A model generated the notes under the pieces. It saw only the letters and a program-made list of their open reading frames with translations. It had not been told where the DNA came from and searched no databases. A program made the position numbers and the translations under genes. Below are positions 1 through 13,631 of a DNA stretch of 64,000 nucleotides, piece after piece (the first letter of the stretch is position 1; each line of letters starts with the position of its first letter). The DNA is taken from contig CAXHJY010001750.1 of assembly GCA_964016885.1 (NCBI GenBank), forward strand, positions 1-64,000, given 5' to 3'. Origin of the DNA: Eledone cirrhosa. Taxonomy: Eukaryota.

Positions 1-3000
1 CTCGATCCATCCATCTCCCTATCCATATCCCTCTCTCTCTCTCTCCATCCATCTCCCTATCCATATCCCTCTCTCTCTAACCATTCATCCCTCTCTCTTT
101 CCCCTTCCACCCCTCTCTCCCATTCCATCCATCTCTCTCTCTCCATCCATCCCGCTGTCGATCTTTCCATCCATCTCTCTCTATCCTTCCATCTCTCTCT
201 CTATCCTTCCATCTCTCTCTCTATCCATATCCCTCTCTCTAACCATTCATCCCTCTTTCCATCCATCCCTCCTCTCTCCATTGCATCCCTCTCTCCTTCC
301 ATCCCTCTCTCCTTCCATCCCTCTCTCCTTCCATCCATCCATCCCTCTCTCTCCTCCCATTCATCCCTCTCTCTCTCTCTCTCTCTCTCTCCATCCATCC
401 CTCTCTCTCTCTCCATCCCTCCTCTCTCCTTCCATCCCTCTCTCCTTCCATCCATCCCTCTCTCTCTCCATCCCCCCTCTCTCCATTGCATCCCTACTCT
501 CTCCATCCCTCTCTCATTCCTTTCCTCTCTCTCCTTCCATCCATCCCTCTCTCTCTTCATACATCCCGCTCTCTCTCCTTCCTTCCCTCTCTCTCCATTC
601 CATCCACCGCTCTCTATCCATGCATCCCCCTCTCTCTCTCCCACCCTTCTCTCCCATTCCATCACTCTCTCTCAATATCCATCCCTCTCTCTCTCCTTCC
701 TTTCCTCTCCTTCCATCTCTCTCTCTCTCCATACATCCCGCTCTCTCTCCTTCCTTCCCTCTCTCTCCATTCCATCCACCGCTCTCTATCCTTCCATCTC
801 TCTCTATCCACCCCCTCTCTCTCTCTAACCATTCATCCCTCTCTCTTCATCCATCCATCCATCCCTCTCTCTCCTTCCTTTCCTCTCTCTCCATCCCTCT
901 CTCTCTCCTTCCATCGCATCCCTCTCTGTATCCATCCCTCTCTCTCTCTCTCTCCATCCATCCCGCTGTCGATCCATCCATCCCTCTCTCTCTATCCTTC
1001 CATCTCTCTCTCTATCCATATCCCTCTCTCTATCCATATCCCTCTCTCTCTAACCATTCATCCCTCTCTCCTTCCATCCCCCTCTCTCTCTAACCATTCA
1101 TCCCTCTCTCCTTCCATCCCTCTCTCTATCCATCCCCCTCTCTCTATCCATCCCCCCTCTCTCTTTCCATCCCTCTCTCTATCCATCCCTCTCTCCATCC
1201 ATCCCTCTCTCCATCCATCCCTCCTCTCTCCATCCATCCCTCCTCTCTCCATCCATCCCTCCTCTCTCCATCCATCCCTCCTCTCTCCATCCATCCCTCT
1301 CTCTCCATCCATCCCTCTCTCTCTATCCATCCCTCCTCTCTCTATCCATCCCTCCTCTCTCTATCCATCCCTCCTCTCTCCATTGCATCCCTCTCTCTCT
1401 CTATCCATCCCTCCTCTCTCCATTGCATCCCTCTCTCTCTATCCATCCCTCCTCTCTCCATTGCATCCCTCTCCCTCTCCTTCCATCCCTCTATCCATCC
1501 CCCTCTCTCTCTCTCCTTTCCACCCCCCTCTCTCTCTCTCCCACCCTTCTCTCCCATTCCATCACTCTCTCTCAATATCCATCCCTCTCTCTATCCATTC
1601 AATCCCCCTCTCTCTCCTTCCATCCATCCCTCTCTCTCTATCCATCCCCCTCTCTCTCTCCTTCCATCACCCCCTCTCCATCCTTCCATCCCTCTCTCTC
1701 TCTCCTTCCATCCCTCTCTCTCTATCCATCCCCCTCTCTCTCTCCTTCCATCCCTCTCTCTCTATCCATCCATCCCCTCTCTCTCTCCTTTCATCTCTCT
1801 CCTTCCATCCATCTCTCTCTCCTTCCATCCCTCTCTCTTTCCATCCCTCCTTCCATCCCTCTCTCTTTCCATCCCTCCTCTCTTCTTCCATCCCTCTCTC
1901 TCTCCATCCATCCCTCTCTCTATCCTTATCCCTCTCTCTCTCTCTATCCTTATCCCTCTCTCTCTCACTCCATCCATCCCTCTCTCTATCCATCCCCTCT
2001 CTATCCATCCCCTCTCTATCCATCCCTCTCTCTATCCATCCCCTCTCTATCCATCCCTCCTCTCTCCATTGCATCCCTCTCTCTCTCCATCCATCCCCCC
2101 TCTCTATCCATCCCTCCTCTCTATCCATCCCTCCTCTCTCCATTGCATCCCTCCTCTCTCCATCCATCCCTCCCTCACTCTCTCCTTCCATCCCTCTCTC
2201 CTTCCATCCCTCTCTCCATCCCTCCCTCCCTCTCTCTCCATCCATCCATCCCCCTCTCTCTATCCATCCCCCTCTCTCCATTGCATCCCTCCTCTCTCCA
2301 TTGCATCCCTCTCTGTCTCCATCCATCCTCTCTCCATTGCATCCACCGCTCTCCTTCCATCCATCCCTCTTCTTCCATCACCCCCTCTCCTTCCATCCAT
2401 CCCTCCCTCTCTCCTTCCATCCCTCTCTCTCTATCCATCCCTCTCTCTCTCTATCCACCCCCCCCCCCTCTCTCCATCCCCCCTCTCTCCTTCCTTTCCT
2501 CTCTCTCTCTCTCTCCATACATCCCGCTCTCTCTCCTTCCTTCCCTCTCTCTCCATTCCATCCATCCCCCTCTCTCTCTCTCTCTCTCTCTCCATACATC
2601 CCCCTCTCTCTCTCTCTATCCATCCATCCTCTCTCTCTATCCATCCATCCCACCTCTCCTTCCATCCCTCTCTCTATCCATTCAATCCCCCTCTCTCCTT
2701 CCACCCCTCTCTCTCTCCATTCCATCCACCTCTCTCTCCATCCATGCCCCTCTCTCTCCATCCATGCCCCTCTCTCTCTAACCATATCCCTCTCTCTAAC
2801 CATTCATCCCTCTCTCCTCCCATCCATCTCTCCCATTCCATCCCTCTCTCTTTCCATTCCATCCCTCTCTCTATCCATCCCTCCTCTCTCTTTCCATTCC
2901 ATCCCTCTCTCTATCCATCCCCCTCTCTCTATCCATCCCCCTCTCTCTATCCATCCCTCTCTCTCTCCATCCCTCCCTCTCTCTATCCATCCCTCCTCTC

Positions 3001-6000
3001 TCTATCCATCCCTCCTCTCTCCTTCCATCCCTCTCCTTCCATCCATCCCTCCCTCACTCTCTCCTTCCATCCCTCTCTCCTTCCATCCCTCTCTCCATCC
3101 CTCCCTCCCTCTCTCTCCATCCATCCATCCCCCTCTCTCTATCCATCCCCCTCTCTCCATTGCATCCCTCCTCTCTCCATTGCATCCCTCTCTGTCTCCA
3201 TCCATCCTCTCTCCATTGCATCCACCGCTCTCCTTCCATCCATCCCTCTTCTTCCATCACCCCCTCTCCTTCCATCCATCCCTCCCTCTCTCCTTCCATC
3301 CCCCCCCTCTATCCATCCCTCTCTCTCTCTATCCACCCCCCCCCCTCTCTCCATCCCCCCTCTCTCCTTCCTTTCCTCTCTCTCTCTCTCTCCATACATC
3401 CCGCTCTCTCTCCTTCCTTCCCTCTCTCTCCATTCCATCCATCCCCCTCTCTCTCTCTCTCTCTCTCTCCATACATCCCCCTCTCTCTCTCTCTATCCAT
3501 CCATCCTCTCTCTCTATCCATCCATCCCCCCTCTCCTTCCATCCCTCTCTCTATCCATTCAATCCCCCTCTCTCCTTCCACCCCTCTCTCTCTCCATTCC
3601 ATCCACCTCTCTCTCCATCCATGCCCCTCTCTCTCTATCCACCCCCTCTCTCTCTAACCATATCCCTCTCTCTAACCATTCATCCCTCTCTCCTCCCATC
3701 CATCTCTCCCATTCCATCCCTCTCTCTTTCCATTCCATCCCTCTCTCTATCCATCCCTCCTCTCTCTTTCCATTCCATCCCTCTCTCTATCCATCCCTCC
3801 TCTCTCTATCCATCCCTCCTCTCTCTCCATTGCATCCCTCCTCTCTCTCCATTGCATCCCTCTCTCTCTCCATCCATCCCTCTCTCCTTCCAACTCTCTC
3901 TCTATCCATCCATCCCTCTCTCTCTATCCTTATCCCTCTCTCTCTCTCTCCTTCCATCCCCCTCTCTCTCTCTCTCCTTCCATCCCCCTCTCTCTATACA
4001 CACCCTCTCTCTCTAACCATTCATCCCTCTCTCTCTCTCTCCATCCATCCCTCTCTCTCCTTCCTTTCCTCTCCTTCTCCTTCCCTCTCTCTCTATCCAT
4101 ATCCCTTCTCTCTCTCCTTCCATCCCTCTCTCTCTCCCTCCTTCCATCCCTCTCTCTCTCCCTCCTTCCATCCCTCTCTCTCTCTCCCTCCTTCCATCCC
4201 TCTCTCTCCCTCCTTCCATCCCTCTCTCTCTCTCTAACCATTCATCCCTCTTTCTCTATCTTTCCATCCCCCTCTCTCTCTCCCACCCTTCTCTCCCATT
4301 CCATCACTCTCTCTCAATATCCATCCCCCTCTCTCCTTCCATCCCTCTCTCTATCCATTCAATCCCCCTCTCTCTCTCCTTCCATCCATCCCTCTCTCTC
4401 TCCTTCCATCCATCCCTCTCTCCTTCCATCCATCCCTCTCTCCTTCCATCCATCCCTCTCTCCTTCCATCCCTCTCTCTCTATCCATCCCTCTCTATCCA
4501 TCCCTCTCTCTCTCTCCTTCCATCCATCCCCTCTCTCTCTCCATCCATCCCCTCTCTCTCTCCATCCATCCCCTCTCTCTCTCCATCCATCCCCTCTCTC
4601 TCTCCTTTCATCCCTCTCTCTCTCTCTCTCCTTCCTCTCTCTCTCTCCTTCCTTTCCTCTCTCTCCTTCTCTCCTTCCCTCTCTCTCCATCCATCCCCCT
4701 CTCTCCTTCCATCCCTCTCTCTCCATCCACATCCCTCCCTCTCCATCCACATCCCTCTCTCTCCTTCCATCACCCTCTCTCTCTCCATCCTTCCATCACC
4801 CTCTCTCTCTCCATCCTTCCATCCCTCTCTCTCCATCCATTCCCTCTCTCTCCATCCATCCCCTCTCTCTCTCCATCCATCCCTCTCTCTCCATCCATCC
4901 CTCTCTCTCCTTTCATCCCTCTCTCTCTATCCATCCCTCCTCTCTCTCCTTCCTTTCCTCTCTTTCCTTCCATCCCTCTCTCTCTAACCATTCATCCCTC
5001 TCTCTTTCCCCTTCCACCCCTCTCTCTCTAACCATTCATCCCTCTCTCTCTCTCCATCCATCCATCCCTCTCTCTCCTTCCTTTCCTCTCTCTCCATCCC
5101 TCTCTCTCTCTCTCCATCCATCCCGCTGTCGATCCATCCATCCCTCTCTCTCTATTCTTCCATCTCTCTCTATCCATATCCCTCTCTCTCTAACCATTCG
5201 TCCCTCTCTCTTTCCACCCCTCTCTCTTTCCACCCCTCTCTCTTTCCACCCCTCTCTCTATCCATCCCTCCTCTCTCTATCCATCCCTCCTCTCTCCATT
5301 GCATCCCTCTCTCTCTATCCATATCCCTCTCTCTCTAACCATTCATTCCTCTCTCTCTCTCTCACTCCTTCCTTTCCTCTCTCTCCTTCCATCTATCCAT
5401 TGCATCTCTCTCTCTCCTTCCATCTATCCATTGCATCTCTCTCTCTCCTTCCATCCCTCTCTCTCCTTCCATCCCTCTCTCTCTCTCCCTCCTTCCATCC
5501 CTCTCTCTCTCTATCCATCCCTCCCTCTCCCTCTATCCATCCCTCTCTCTCTCTCTCTCTCTCATTGCATCCCTCCTCTCTCCTTCCATCCCTCTCTCTC
5601 ATTGCATCCCTCCTCTCTCCTTCCATCCCTCTCTCTCCTTCCATCCATCCCCTCTCTCCATCCATCCCCTCTCTCTCTCCTTTCATCCCTCTCTCTCTCC
5701 TTCCTTTCCTCTCTCTCTCTCCTTCCTTTCCTCTCTCTCTCTCCTTACTTTCCTCTCTCTCTCTCCTTCCTTTCCCCTCTCTCTCTCCTTCCATCCCTCT
5801 CTCCTTCCTTCCCTCTCTCCTTCCATCCCTCTCTCTCCATCCACATCCCTCTCTCTCCTTCCATCACCCTCTCTCCTTCCATCCCTCTCTCTCTCTCCTT
5901 CCATCCCTCTCTCTCCATCCATCCCTCTCTCTCCTTTCATCCCTCTCTCTCTATCCATCCCCCCTCTCTCTATCCATCCCTCCTCTCTCTCTCCATCCCT

Positions 6001-9000
6001 CCTCTCTCTCCATCCATCCCTCCCTCTCTCCTTCCAACTCTCTCTCCATTGCATCCCTCTCTCCTTCCATCCCTCTCACTCTCTCTCCTTCCTTTCCTCT
6101 CCATACATCCCGCTCTCTCTCTCCTTCCTTTCCTCTCTCTCCATTCCATCCACCGCTCTCTCTCCATACATCTCTCTCTCTCTCTCTCTCTATCCTTCCA
6201 TCCACCTCTCTATCCATGCATCCCCCTCTCTCTCTCCATCCATCCATCCCCCTCTCTCTCTCCATCCATCCATCCCTCTCTCTCCATCCCTCTCTCTCTG
6301 TCCCTCTCTCTCTCTCTCTCCATCCATCCCGCTGTCGATCCTTCCATCTCTCTCTCTATCCATATCCCTCTCCCATTCCATCCCTCTCTATCCATCCATC
6401 CCTCTCTCTATTCATCCCCCCTCTCTTTCCATCCCTCTCTCTTTCCATCCCTCTCTATCCATCCCCCCTCTCTCTATCCATCCCTCCTCTCTCCATCCCC
6501 CCTCTCTCTCCATCCCCCCTCTCTCTCCATCCCCCCTCTCTCTCCATCCCCCCTCTCTCTATCCATCCCTCCTCTCTCCATTGCATCCCTCTCTCTCCTT
6601 CCATCCCTCTCCTTCCATCCCTCTCCTTCCATCCATCTCTCTCCATCCATCCCCCTCTCTCTCTCTCTCCATCCATCCCGCTCTCGATCCATCCATCTCC
6701 CTATCCATATCCCTCTCTCTCTCTCTCCATCCATCTCCCTATCCATATCCCTCTCTCTCTAACCATTCATCCCTCTCTCTTTCCCCTTCCACCCCTCTCT
6801 CCCATTCCATCTCTCTCTCTCTCTCTCCATACATCCATCTCTCTCTCTCCATCCATCCCGCTGTCGATCTTTCCATCCATCTCTCTCTATCCTTCCATCT
6901 CTCTCTCTATCCTTCCATCTCTCTCTCTATCCTTCCATCTCTCTCTCTATCCATATCCCTCTCTCTAACCATTCATCCCTCTCTCCTTCCATCCCTCTCT
7001 CTATCCATCCATCCCTCTCTCTTTCCATCCCCCCTCTCTTTCCATCCCTCTCTCTTTCCATCCCTCTTTCCATCCCTCTCTCTATCCATCCCTCCTCTCT
7101 CCATTGCATCCCTCTCTCCTTCCATCCCTCTCTCCTTCCATCCCTCTCTCTCCTCCCATTCATCCCTCTCTCTCTCTCTCTCTCTTCTCCATCCATCCCT
7201 CTCTCTCTCTCTCTCTCTCTCTCCATCCATCCCGCTCTCGATCCATCCATCCCTCTCTCTCTCTCCCTATCCATATCCCTCTCTCTCTAACCATTCCATC
7301 CCTCTCTCCCATTCCATCCCTCTCTCCTTCCATCCCCCTCTCTATCCATTCCATCCCCCTCTCTATCCATCCATCCATTCATCCCCCCCTCTCTCTCTCT
7401 CCATCCATCCCTCTCTCTCTCCTTTCATCCCTCTCTCTCTCCTTCCTTTCCTCTCTCTCCTTCCATCCCTCTCTCTCTCCTTCCATCCCTCTCTCTCTCC
7501 TTCCATCCATCTCTCTCTCTCCTTCCATCCATCTCTCTCTCTCCTTCCATCCATCTCTCTCCATACATCCCTTCCTTCCCTCTCTCTCCATACATCCCTT
7601 CCTTCCCTCTCTCTTCATCCTTCCCCCTCTCTCTCTATCCTTCCCCCTCTCTCTCTATCCTTCCATCTCTCTCTATCCATATCCCTCTCTCTCACCTTCC
7701 ACCCTTCTCTCCCATTCCATCCCTCTCTCTATCCATTCCATCACTCTCTCTCCATATCCATCCCCCTCTCTCTCTTCATCCATCCCCCTCTCTCTCTCCT
7801 TCCATCCCTCTCTCTCTCCTTCCATCCCTCTCTCTCTCTCCTTCCATCCCTCTCTCTCTCTCCTTCCATCCCTCTCTCTCTCTCCTTCCATCCCTCTCTC
7901 TCCATCCATCCCTCTCTCTCTCCTTCCATCCCTCTCTCTCTCCATCCATCCCTCTCTCTCTCCATCCATCCCCTCTCTCTCCATCCATCCCTCCCTCTCT
8001 CCTTCCATCCCTCTCTCCTTCCATCCCTCTCTCTATCCATCCATCCCTCTCTCTATCCATCCATCCCTCTCTCTTTCCATCCCCCCTCTCTTTCCATCCC
8101 CCCTCTCTTTCCATCCCCCCTCTCTATCCATCCCCCCTCTCTATCCATCCCCCCTCTCTCTTTCCATCCCTCTCTCTTTCCATCCCTCTCTCTCTCCATC
8201 CCTCTCTCTCTCCATCCCTCCTCTCTCTATCCATCCCCCCTCTCTCTATCCATCCCCCCTCTCTCTATCCATCCCCCTCTCTCTCTCCATCCATCCCCCT
8301 CTCTCTATCCACCCCCTCTCTCTATCCACCCCCTCTCTCTCTAACCATTCATCCCTCTCTCTCTCTCTCACTCCTCCCTTTCCTCTCTCCTTCCATCTAT
8401 CCATTGCATCCCTCTCTCCTTCCATCTATCCATTGCATCCCTCTCTCTCTCCTTCCATCCCTCTCTCTCTCTCTAACCATTCATCCCCCTCTCCCATTCC
8501 ATCCCTCTCTCTAACCATTCATCCCCCTCTCCCATTCCATCCCTCTCTCTATCCATCCATCCCTCTCTCTCTATCTTTACATCCCTCTCCATCCATCCCT
8601 CTCTCTCTCCATCCATCCCCCTCTCTCTCCCACCCTTCTCTCCCATTCCATCACTCTCTCTCAATATCCATCCCCCTCTCTCCTTCCATCCCTCTCTCTA
8701 TCCATCCATCCCTCTCTCCTTCCAACTCTCTCTCCTTCCATCCCCCTCTCTCTCCTTCCATCCATCCCTCTCTCTCCTTCCATCCCTCTCTCTCTATCCA
8801 TCCCTCTCTCTCTCTCTTTCCATCCCTCTCTCTCTCCATTGCATCCCTCTCTCCATCCATCCCCTCTCTCTATCCATCCCCTCTCTCTCTTTCCATCCCC
8901 CCCTCTCTCTCTCTTTCCATCCCCCCTCTCTCCATTGCATCCCTCCTCTCTCCATCCCTCTCTCTCCATTCCATCCACCGCTCTCTCTCCATCCATCCCC

Positions 9001-10690
9001 CTCGCTCTCTCTCCATCCATCCCCCTCGCTCTCTCTCTCCATACATCCCCCTCTCGCTCTCTCTCTCTCTCTATCCATCCATCCATCCCCCCTCTCTCTC
9101 TATCCATCCATCCATCCCCCCTCTCCATTCCATCCACCTCTCTCTATCCTTCCATCTCTCTCTCTATCCACCCCCTCTCTCTCTAACCATTCATCCCTCT
9201 CTCTTTCCCCTTCCCCCCCTCTCTCCCATTCCATCTCTCTCCATCCATCCATCCATCCCTCTCTCTCCATCCATATCCCTCTCTCTCTCCACCCCCTCTC
9301 TCTTTCCATCCCTCTCTCCATCCATCCATCCCTCTCTCTACTTCCATCCCTCTCTCTATCCATTCAATCCCCCTCTCTCTCCTTCCATCCATCCATCCCT
9401 CTCTCTCTCCTTCCATCCATCCATCCCTCTCTCTCTCCTTCCATCCATCCATCCCTCTCTCTCTCCTTCCATTGCATCCCTCTCTGTATCTCTCCTTCCA
9501 TCCCGCTCTGTATCTCTCCTTCCATCCCTCTCTCTCTCTCCCTATCCATATCCCTCCCTCTAACCATTCATCCCTCTCTCCCTATCCATATCCCTCCCTC
9601 TAACCATTCATCCCTCTCTCTCCTTCCATCCCTCTCTATCCATTCCATCCCTCTCTCTCTCTATCCATCCATCCATCCATCCATTCATCCCCCCCTCTCT
9701 CTCTATCCATCCATCCCCCTCTCTCTCCATCCATCCCTCTCTCTCTCCTTTTCTCCATCTCTCTCTCTCCTTCCATCCCTCTCTCTATCCATCCCCCCTC
9801 TCTATCATCCCTCTCCATCCATCCATCCCTCTCTCTCTCCTTCCATCCATCCCTCTCTCTCTCCTTCCATCCCTCTCTCTCTTTCCTTCCTTTCCTCTCT
9901 CTCTATCCATCCCTCTCTCTCCATTGCATCCCTCCTCTCTCCATCCATCCCTCTCTCTCTCCATCCATCCCTCTCTCTCTCCTTCCATTCCTCTCTCCTT
10001 CCATCCATCCCTCTCTCTCTCCTTCCATCCATCCCTCTCTCTCTCTCTCCTTCTCTCTCTCCATACATCCCTTCCTTCCATCTCTCTCTATCCACATCCC
10101 TCTCTCTTCTTCCATCACCCTCTCTCTCTCCTTCCTTCCCTCTCTCTCTCCTTCCTTCCCTCTCTCTATCCACCTCCTCTCTCTCCTTCCATCCCTCTCT
10201 CTCTCCCATTCCATCCCTCTCTCTATCCATCCCCCCTCTCTCCTTCCATCCCTCTCTCTCTCCCATTCCATCCCTCTCTCTATCCATCCCCCCTCTCTCT
10301 ATCCATCCCCCCTCTCTCTCTATTCATCCCCCCTCTCTCTCTATTCATCCCCCCTCTCTCCTTCCATCCATCTCTCTATCCATTCAATCCCCCTCTCTCT
10401 CTCCTTCCATCCACCTCTCTCTCCATCCATCCCGCTCTCGATCCATCCATGCCCCTCTCTCTCTATCCTTCCATCTCTCTCTCTATCCATATCCCTCTCC
10501 CCTTCCACCCCTCTCCCCTTCCATCCCTCTCTCTATCCATTCCATCCCTCTCTCTCCATCCATCCCACTCTATCCATCCCCCCTCTCTCCATCCATCCCT
10601 CCCCCTCTTTCCATTGCATCCATTCAATCCTCCCCCCCTCTCTCCATTCCACCCCCCCCCCTCTCATCTCTCTCTTTTCATTTCTCTCAC
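1..10690. repeat. Complex polypyrimidine satellite, (CT)n/(CCAT)n mosaic
   Basis: The + strand is almost only C/T with sparse A and very rare G. Recurrent words include ccattgcatccc, ctctaaccattcatcc and cccgctgtcgatc. All ORFs here are S/L/P/H/I or E/R/G/W artefacts. Confidence 0.97.
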
Positions 10691-11129
10691 TCTCGTTTCA
10701 AACGAGTGACATGATATTTAAAATAATGAAAAGACTACAATATACAGTATTGCAGAAGTAAATATAAGAAGACATCACCATTGTTCTGCAGATGAAAGAC
10801 AGTACTCTTTACATTTATCCCAGGTATATAGAAAGTTATCCTGATGTCCACTGAATGAAATATAAAACAATAAAGAAACACCACAATCCAGTAAACCTTA
10901 GTAATAATCCAATTTCCTCTCAGCCGCCATTTACAGTAGAAAATAGTAAGAAAAACAAAGTCACACTCAGAAGTTAATGCAGTGAAAACAATAAAAATAA
11001 TTTCATTTCATATCATTAAATTGTTTGTCTATTTTTATTGTAAACATAAAATATACATATAAATATATATACATTCATACATATACATCGATACATTCTG
11101 TGAGTATGTCTTACTTAGGCAAAAGTCAA

Positions 11130-11240
11130 GTAATTTGCGGGGAGGAACCAATCCGTTAAATTGATCCCAGTACATGACTGGTACTATAAGTTATCTGCTC
11201 CAAAATCATAAAATTATGGATTAATCTGAACACAAAGGTG
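11130..11240 (-). mobile_element. Degenerate SINE 3' relic inside the repeat unit (also near 15627, 20165, 24703)
   Basis: ttaggcaaaagtcaagtaatt...aaattgatcccagtacatgactggtact aligns by eye with the SINE copy at 51955-52175. Confidence 0.55.
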
Positions 11241-12914
11241 GGGTAAAATTATTTAAAAATTGAGGTTTTAATATTTTATCTACAAATTATATGTCTTGGT
11301 GTCATATTTAAGGATATAATGTAGTTATTGGTGGAAATAATATATGTGATGAGGTGGATATAGAATTATTTTAATCATTATTTTTAACGTACGAAAAAAC
11401 TACATAATGACTTCTAGTCGGAATTACGGCAAAGACCCTCAATGAAAGTTCAAATATTACACACCTACACATTATCTATATATAGTAATCAGGCTAAACA
11501 ATTTACAGGCACGTCGCTCTAAGTTGGAATATTTTTCACACACACAGACACGGGAGTTAGGTATGACATATTTCAAATAAGAGAACATTATTACAGACGG
11601 AATCATTGTAGGTTCAAATCATTGTTAGACCGATCAGAAAGAAAATGGATATTTAATTCATGAAAAAACCTGAAATGTGAAAGACAGAGTCGACCCTTTC
11701 TAGTAACAACACGAAGAAACCCATGGACGCCACCTAGTCCTAAATCTAACTCTGCGATCGTCATAACAAATCGAAATACTTCACCAACAGTGGACGATGA
11801 AGGATTGAAGAACTATGATATATAGCTAAGAGGCTTGTCTCCAGAACATTTAGTAAGGTGTAGACAAAGTGTTGCCAAATATTTTGGCGTCATTACCCAC
11901 ATTCACATGAAAAAATGTTCCACCAGCCACCTGTATAGTAAATATTCCAAAGTATACCAAATATGTTTCGTAAATGTTTGTTCCTGGTTCAATTTTCCCA
12001 ATTAGCTTCCTGATTTTTATTCATGTTCTTTGTATATATTCCTTGAATAGGTTTTCGGGTAGCATACCTTCTTAAATCTCGAAATTCTATATCGCCCACC
12101 AAAGTTTCCAATGGTCATCAATTTTCTGTTCAGCTGCTCATCGCCCACACAACAGTTGAAATCGCCCAGATGAGGAACCCCCTGGGGGTTAGCTACTTCG
12201 AATGATGCTATATATTAATCCAGAGGAGGGGGTGACTATTATAATGTTTATAAGTAATAATCTTTTAAAGACAAGAGGAAATTTCATCATTAAAATCATA
12301 AATATATGTCTACAGAATACAGATTATCAAAATGAAATTAAAAGCAAGTAAATCAGGGGCCACTAAACTTTACATATTTAGTTTTATTTCTATCGTGAAA
12401 AATGTTGATCTTCAGATATTAGATTATGGCTGTAATTATGTATGTCTTTCTTTAAACATCGTTTATAATTTGTTAAAATTAATTTTAGATTATTCGTACC
12501 TCGTCTGTGTAGGTTTCTTTTGATGTAGCCTCCGTCTTGTTTATTGGTTACATTTTAAATGTGATATACAGGAACATCAGACATTAAAATGAAATGTTAC
12601 GTAAAACACACACCTTGTGTTTATTCCAGGTATTTAGATAGATGTCCACTGACAACAAAATAATGCCATCATCCAAGTGAAACTTGGTAATAATCCAGGT
12701 TCGTTGCAGTCACCATTTTACAGTAAACAATTCAGACGTATTCAGCAGTTAATGAAGTGAAAACAAAATAAAAACAACTTTACTGAATAAAATTCATTTC
12801 TTAATTTCAATAAGGGTTTTTGTTCTTTCTTTTATAAAAAAAACAAATTTTAATTAAAATATGTTGAATATAATATGGGACATTACTACAAAGTACAGCA
12901 TTATAAGTTCAAAT

Positions 12915-13147
12915 CTTACTTATACTAGAAAAAACCGGAAGTGGAGAAAATTGAAAAACATCTTCTTTTTCTTCCTCTGATTTTTTTTTATCCAAAATTT
13001 GGATTTAAGTCAGAGACGAGTTATCGTTCGTGGCAAAAATTTCGTTTTTGTTTACATAAAATTTTCTTTTGTTTGAAAAATCAGAGGAAGAAAAAGAAAA
13101 AAGTTTTTCAATTTTCTCCACTTCCGGTTTTTTCTAGTATAAGTAAG
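12915..13147. repeat. 233-bp palindrome with ~70-bp arms, each carrying CCGGAAGT (copy 1)
   Basis: cttacttatactagaaaaaaccggaagtggagaaaattgaaaaac...cttcctctgattttt is the reverse complement of 13076-13147. The loop contains GAGTTATC, GGCAAAAA and TGTTTACA. Confidence 0.92.
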
Positions 13148-13179
13148 TAAATATTAATCTTCAATGCATTTTTGTAACC

Positions 13180-13250
13180 GTCCATGTGGCCTAATGGTAA
13201 GTACGAGAGACGGTGGAGATCCTGATTTAGGGTTCGATTTCCGTTAGGTT
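13180..13250 (+). ncRNA. tRNA-like Pol III unit t1 (not a canonical tRNA)
   Basis: A box TGGCCTAATGG at 13187, B box GGTTCGATTTCC at 13231, central AGAGACGGTGGAGA, T-run downstream. The acceptor and anticodon stems do not pair. Confidence 0.6.
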
Positions 13251-13341
13251 CTATACTAATAGCTGCGTATTTGTGGCTTTTTATTTTATTGAATGAAAAA
13301 GTAGGTTTATATATATCAATTTTCAGTAAGTTTCCGTAACC

Positions 13342-13412
13342 GTCCCTTTAGCCTAGTGGTAAGTTTAAGAGACGGTAGAGGTCCAGGTTCGGGGTTCAAT
13401 CACTGGCAGTGT
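13342..13412 (+). ncRNA. tRNA-like Pol III unit t2
   Basis: A box TAGCCTAGTGG at 13349, B box GGTTCAATC at 13393, central AGAGACGGTAGAG, upstream AAAGTAGGTTTATA(T/A)ATA. Confidence 0.6.
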
Positions 13413-13494
13413 GTCGTATTATATGTTTTATAGTATAAAACAAAAATAAAAAAGTAACTTTATAAATATTAATTTTCACACCGTCTTTATATCT

Positions 13495-13567
13495 GTCTCC
13501 GTGGCCTAATGGTAGGTATTAGAGACGGTGGAGAACCTGCTCTGGGTTTCGATCTCAGTCAAAGTCT
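13495..13567 (+). ncRNA. tRNA-like Pol III unit t3
   Basis: A box TGGCCTAATGG at 13502, T-arm CTGGG-TTTCGAT-CTCAG, upstream TTTATAAATATTAATTTT, TTTTTT downstream. Confidence 0.6.
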
Positions 13568-13631
13568 ATAGATAATAATTTCATTTTTTACTTTGCTAGA
13601 GAAAAATTTAAATTTAAAAAGATATAGTACA

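Noticed and set aside
201-10709. Dozens of long ORFs (up to 1176 aa) in the CT satellite
   Set aside because: Open in several frames on both strands only because the composition lacks stop codons; no domain motifs.
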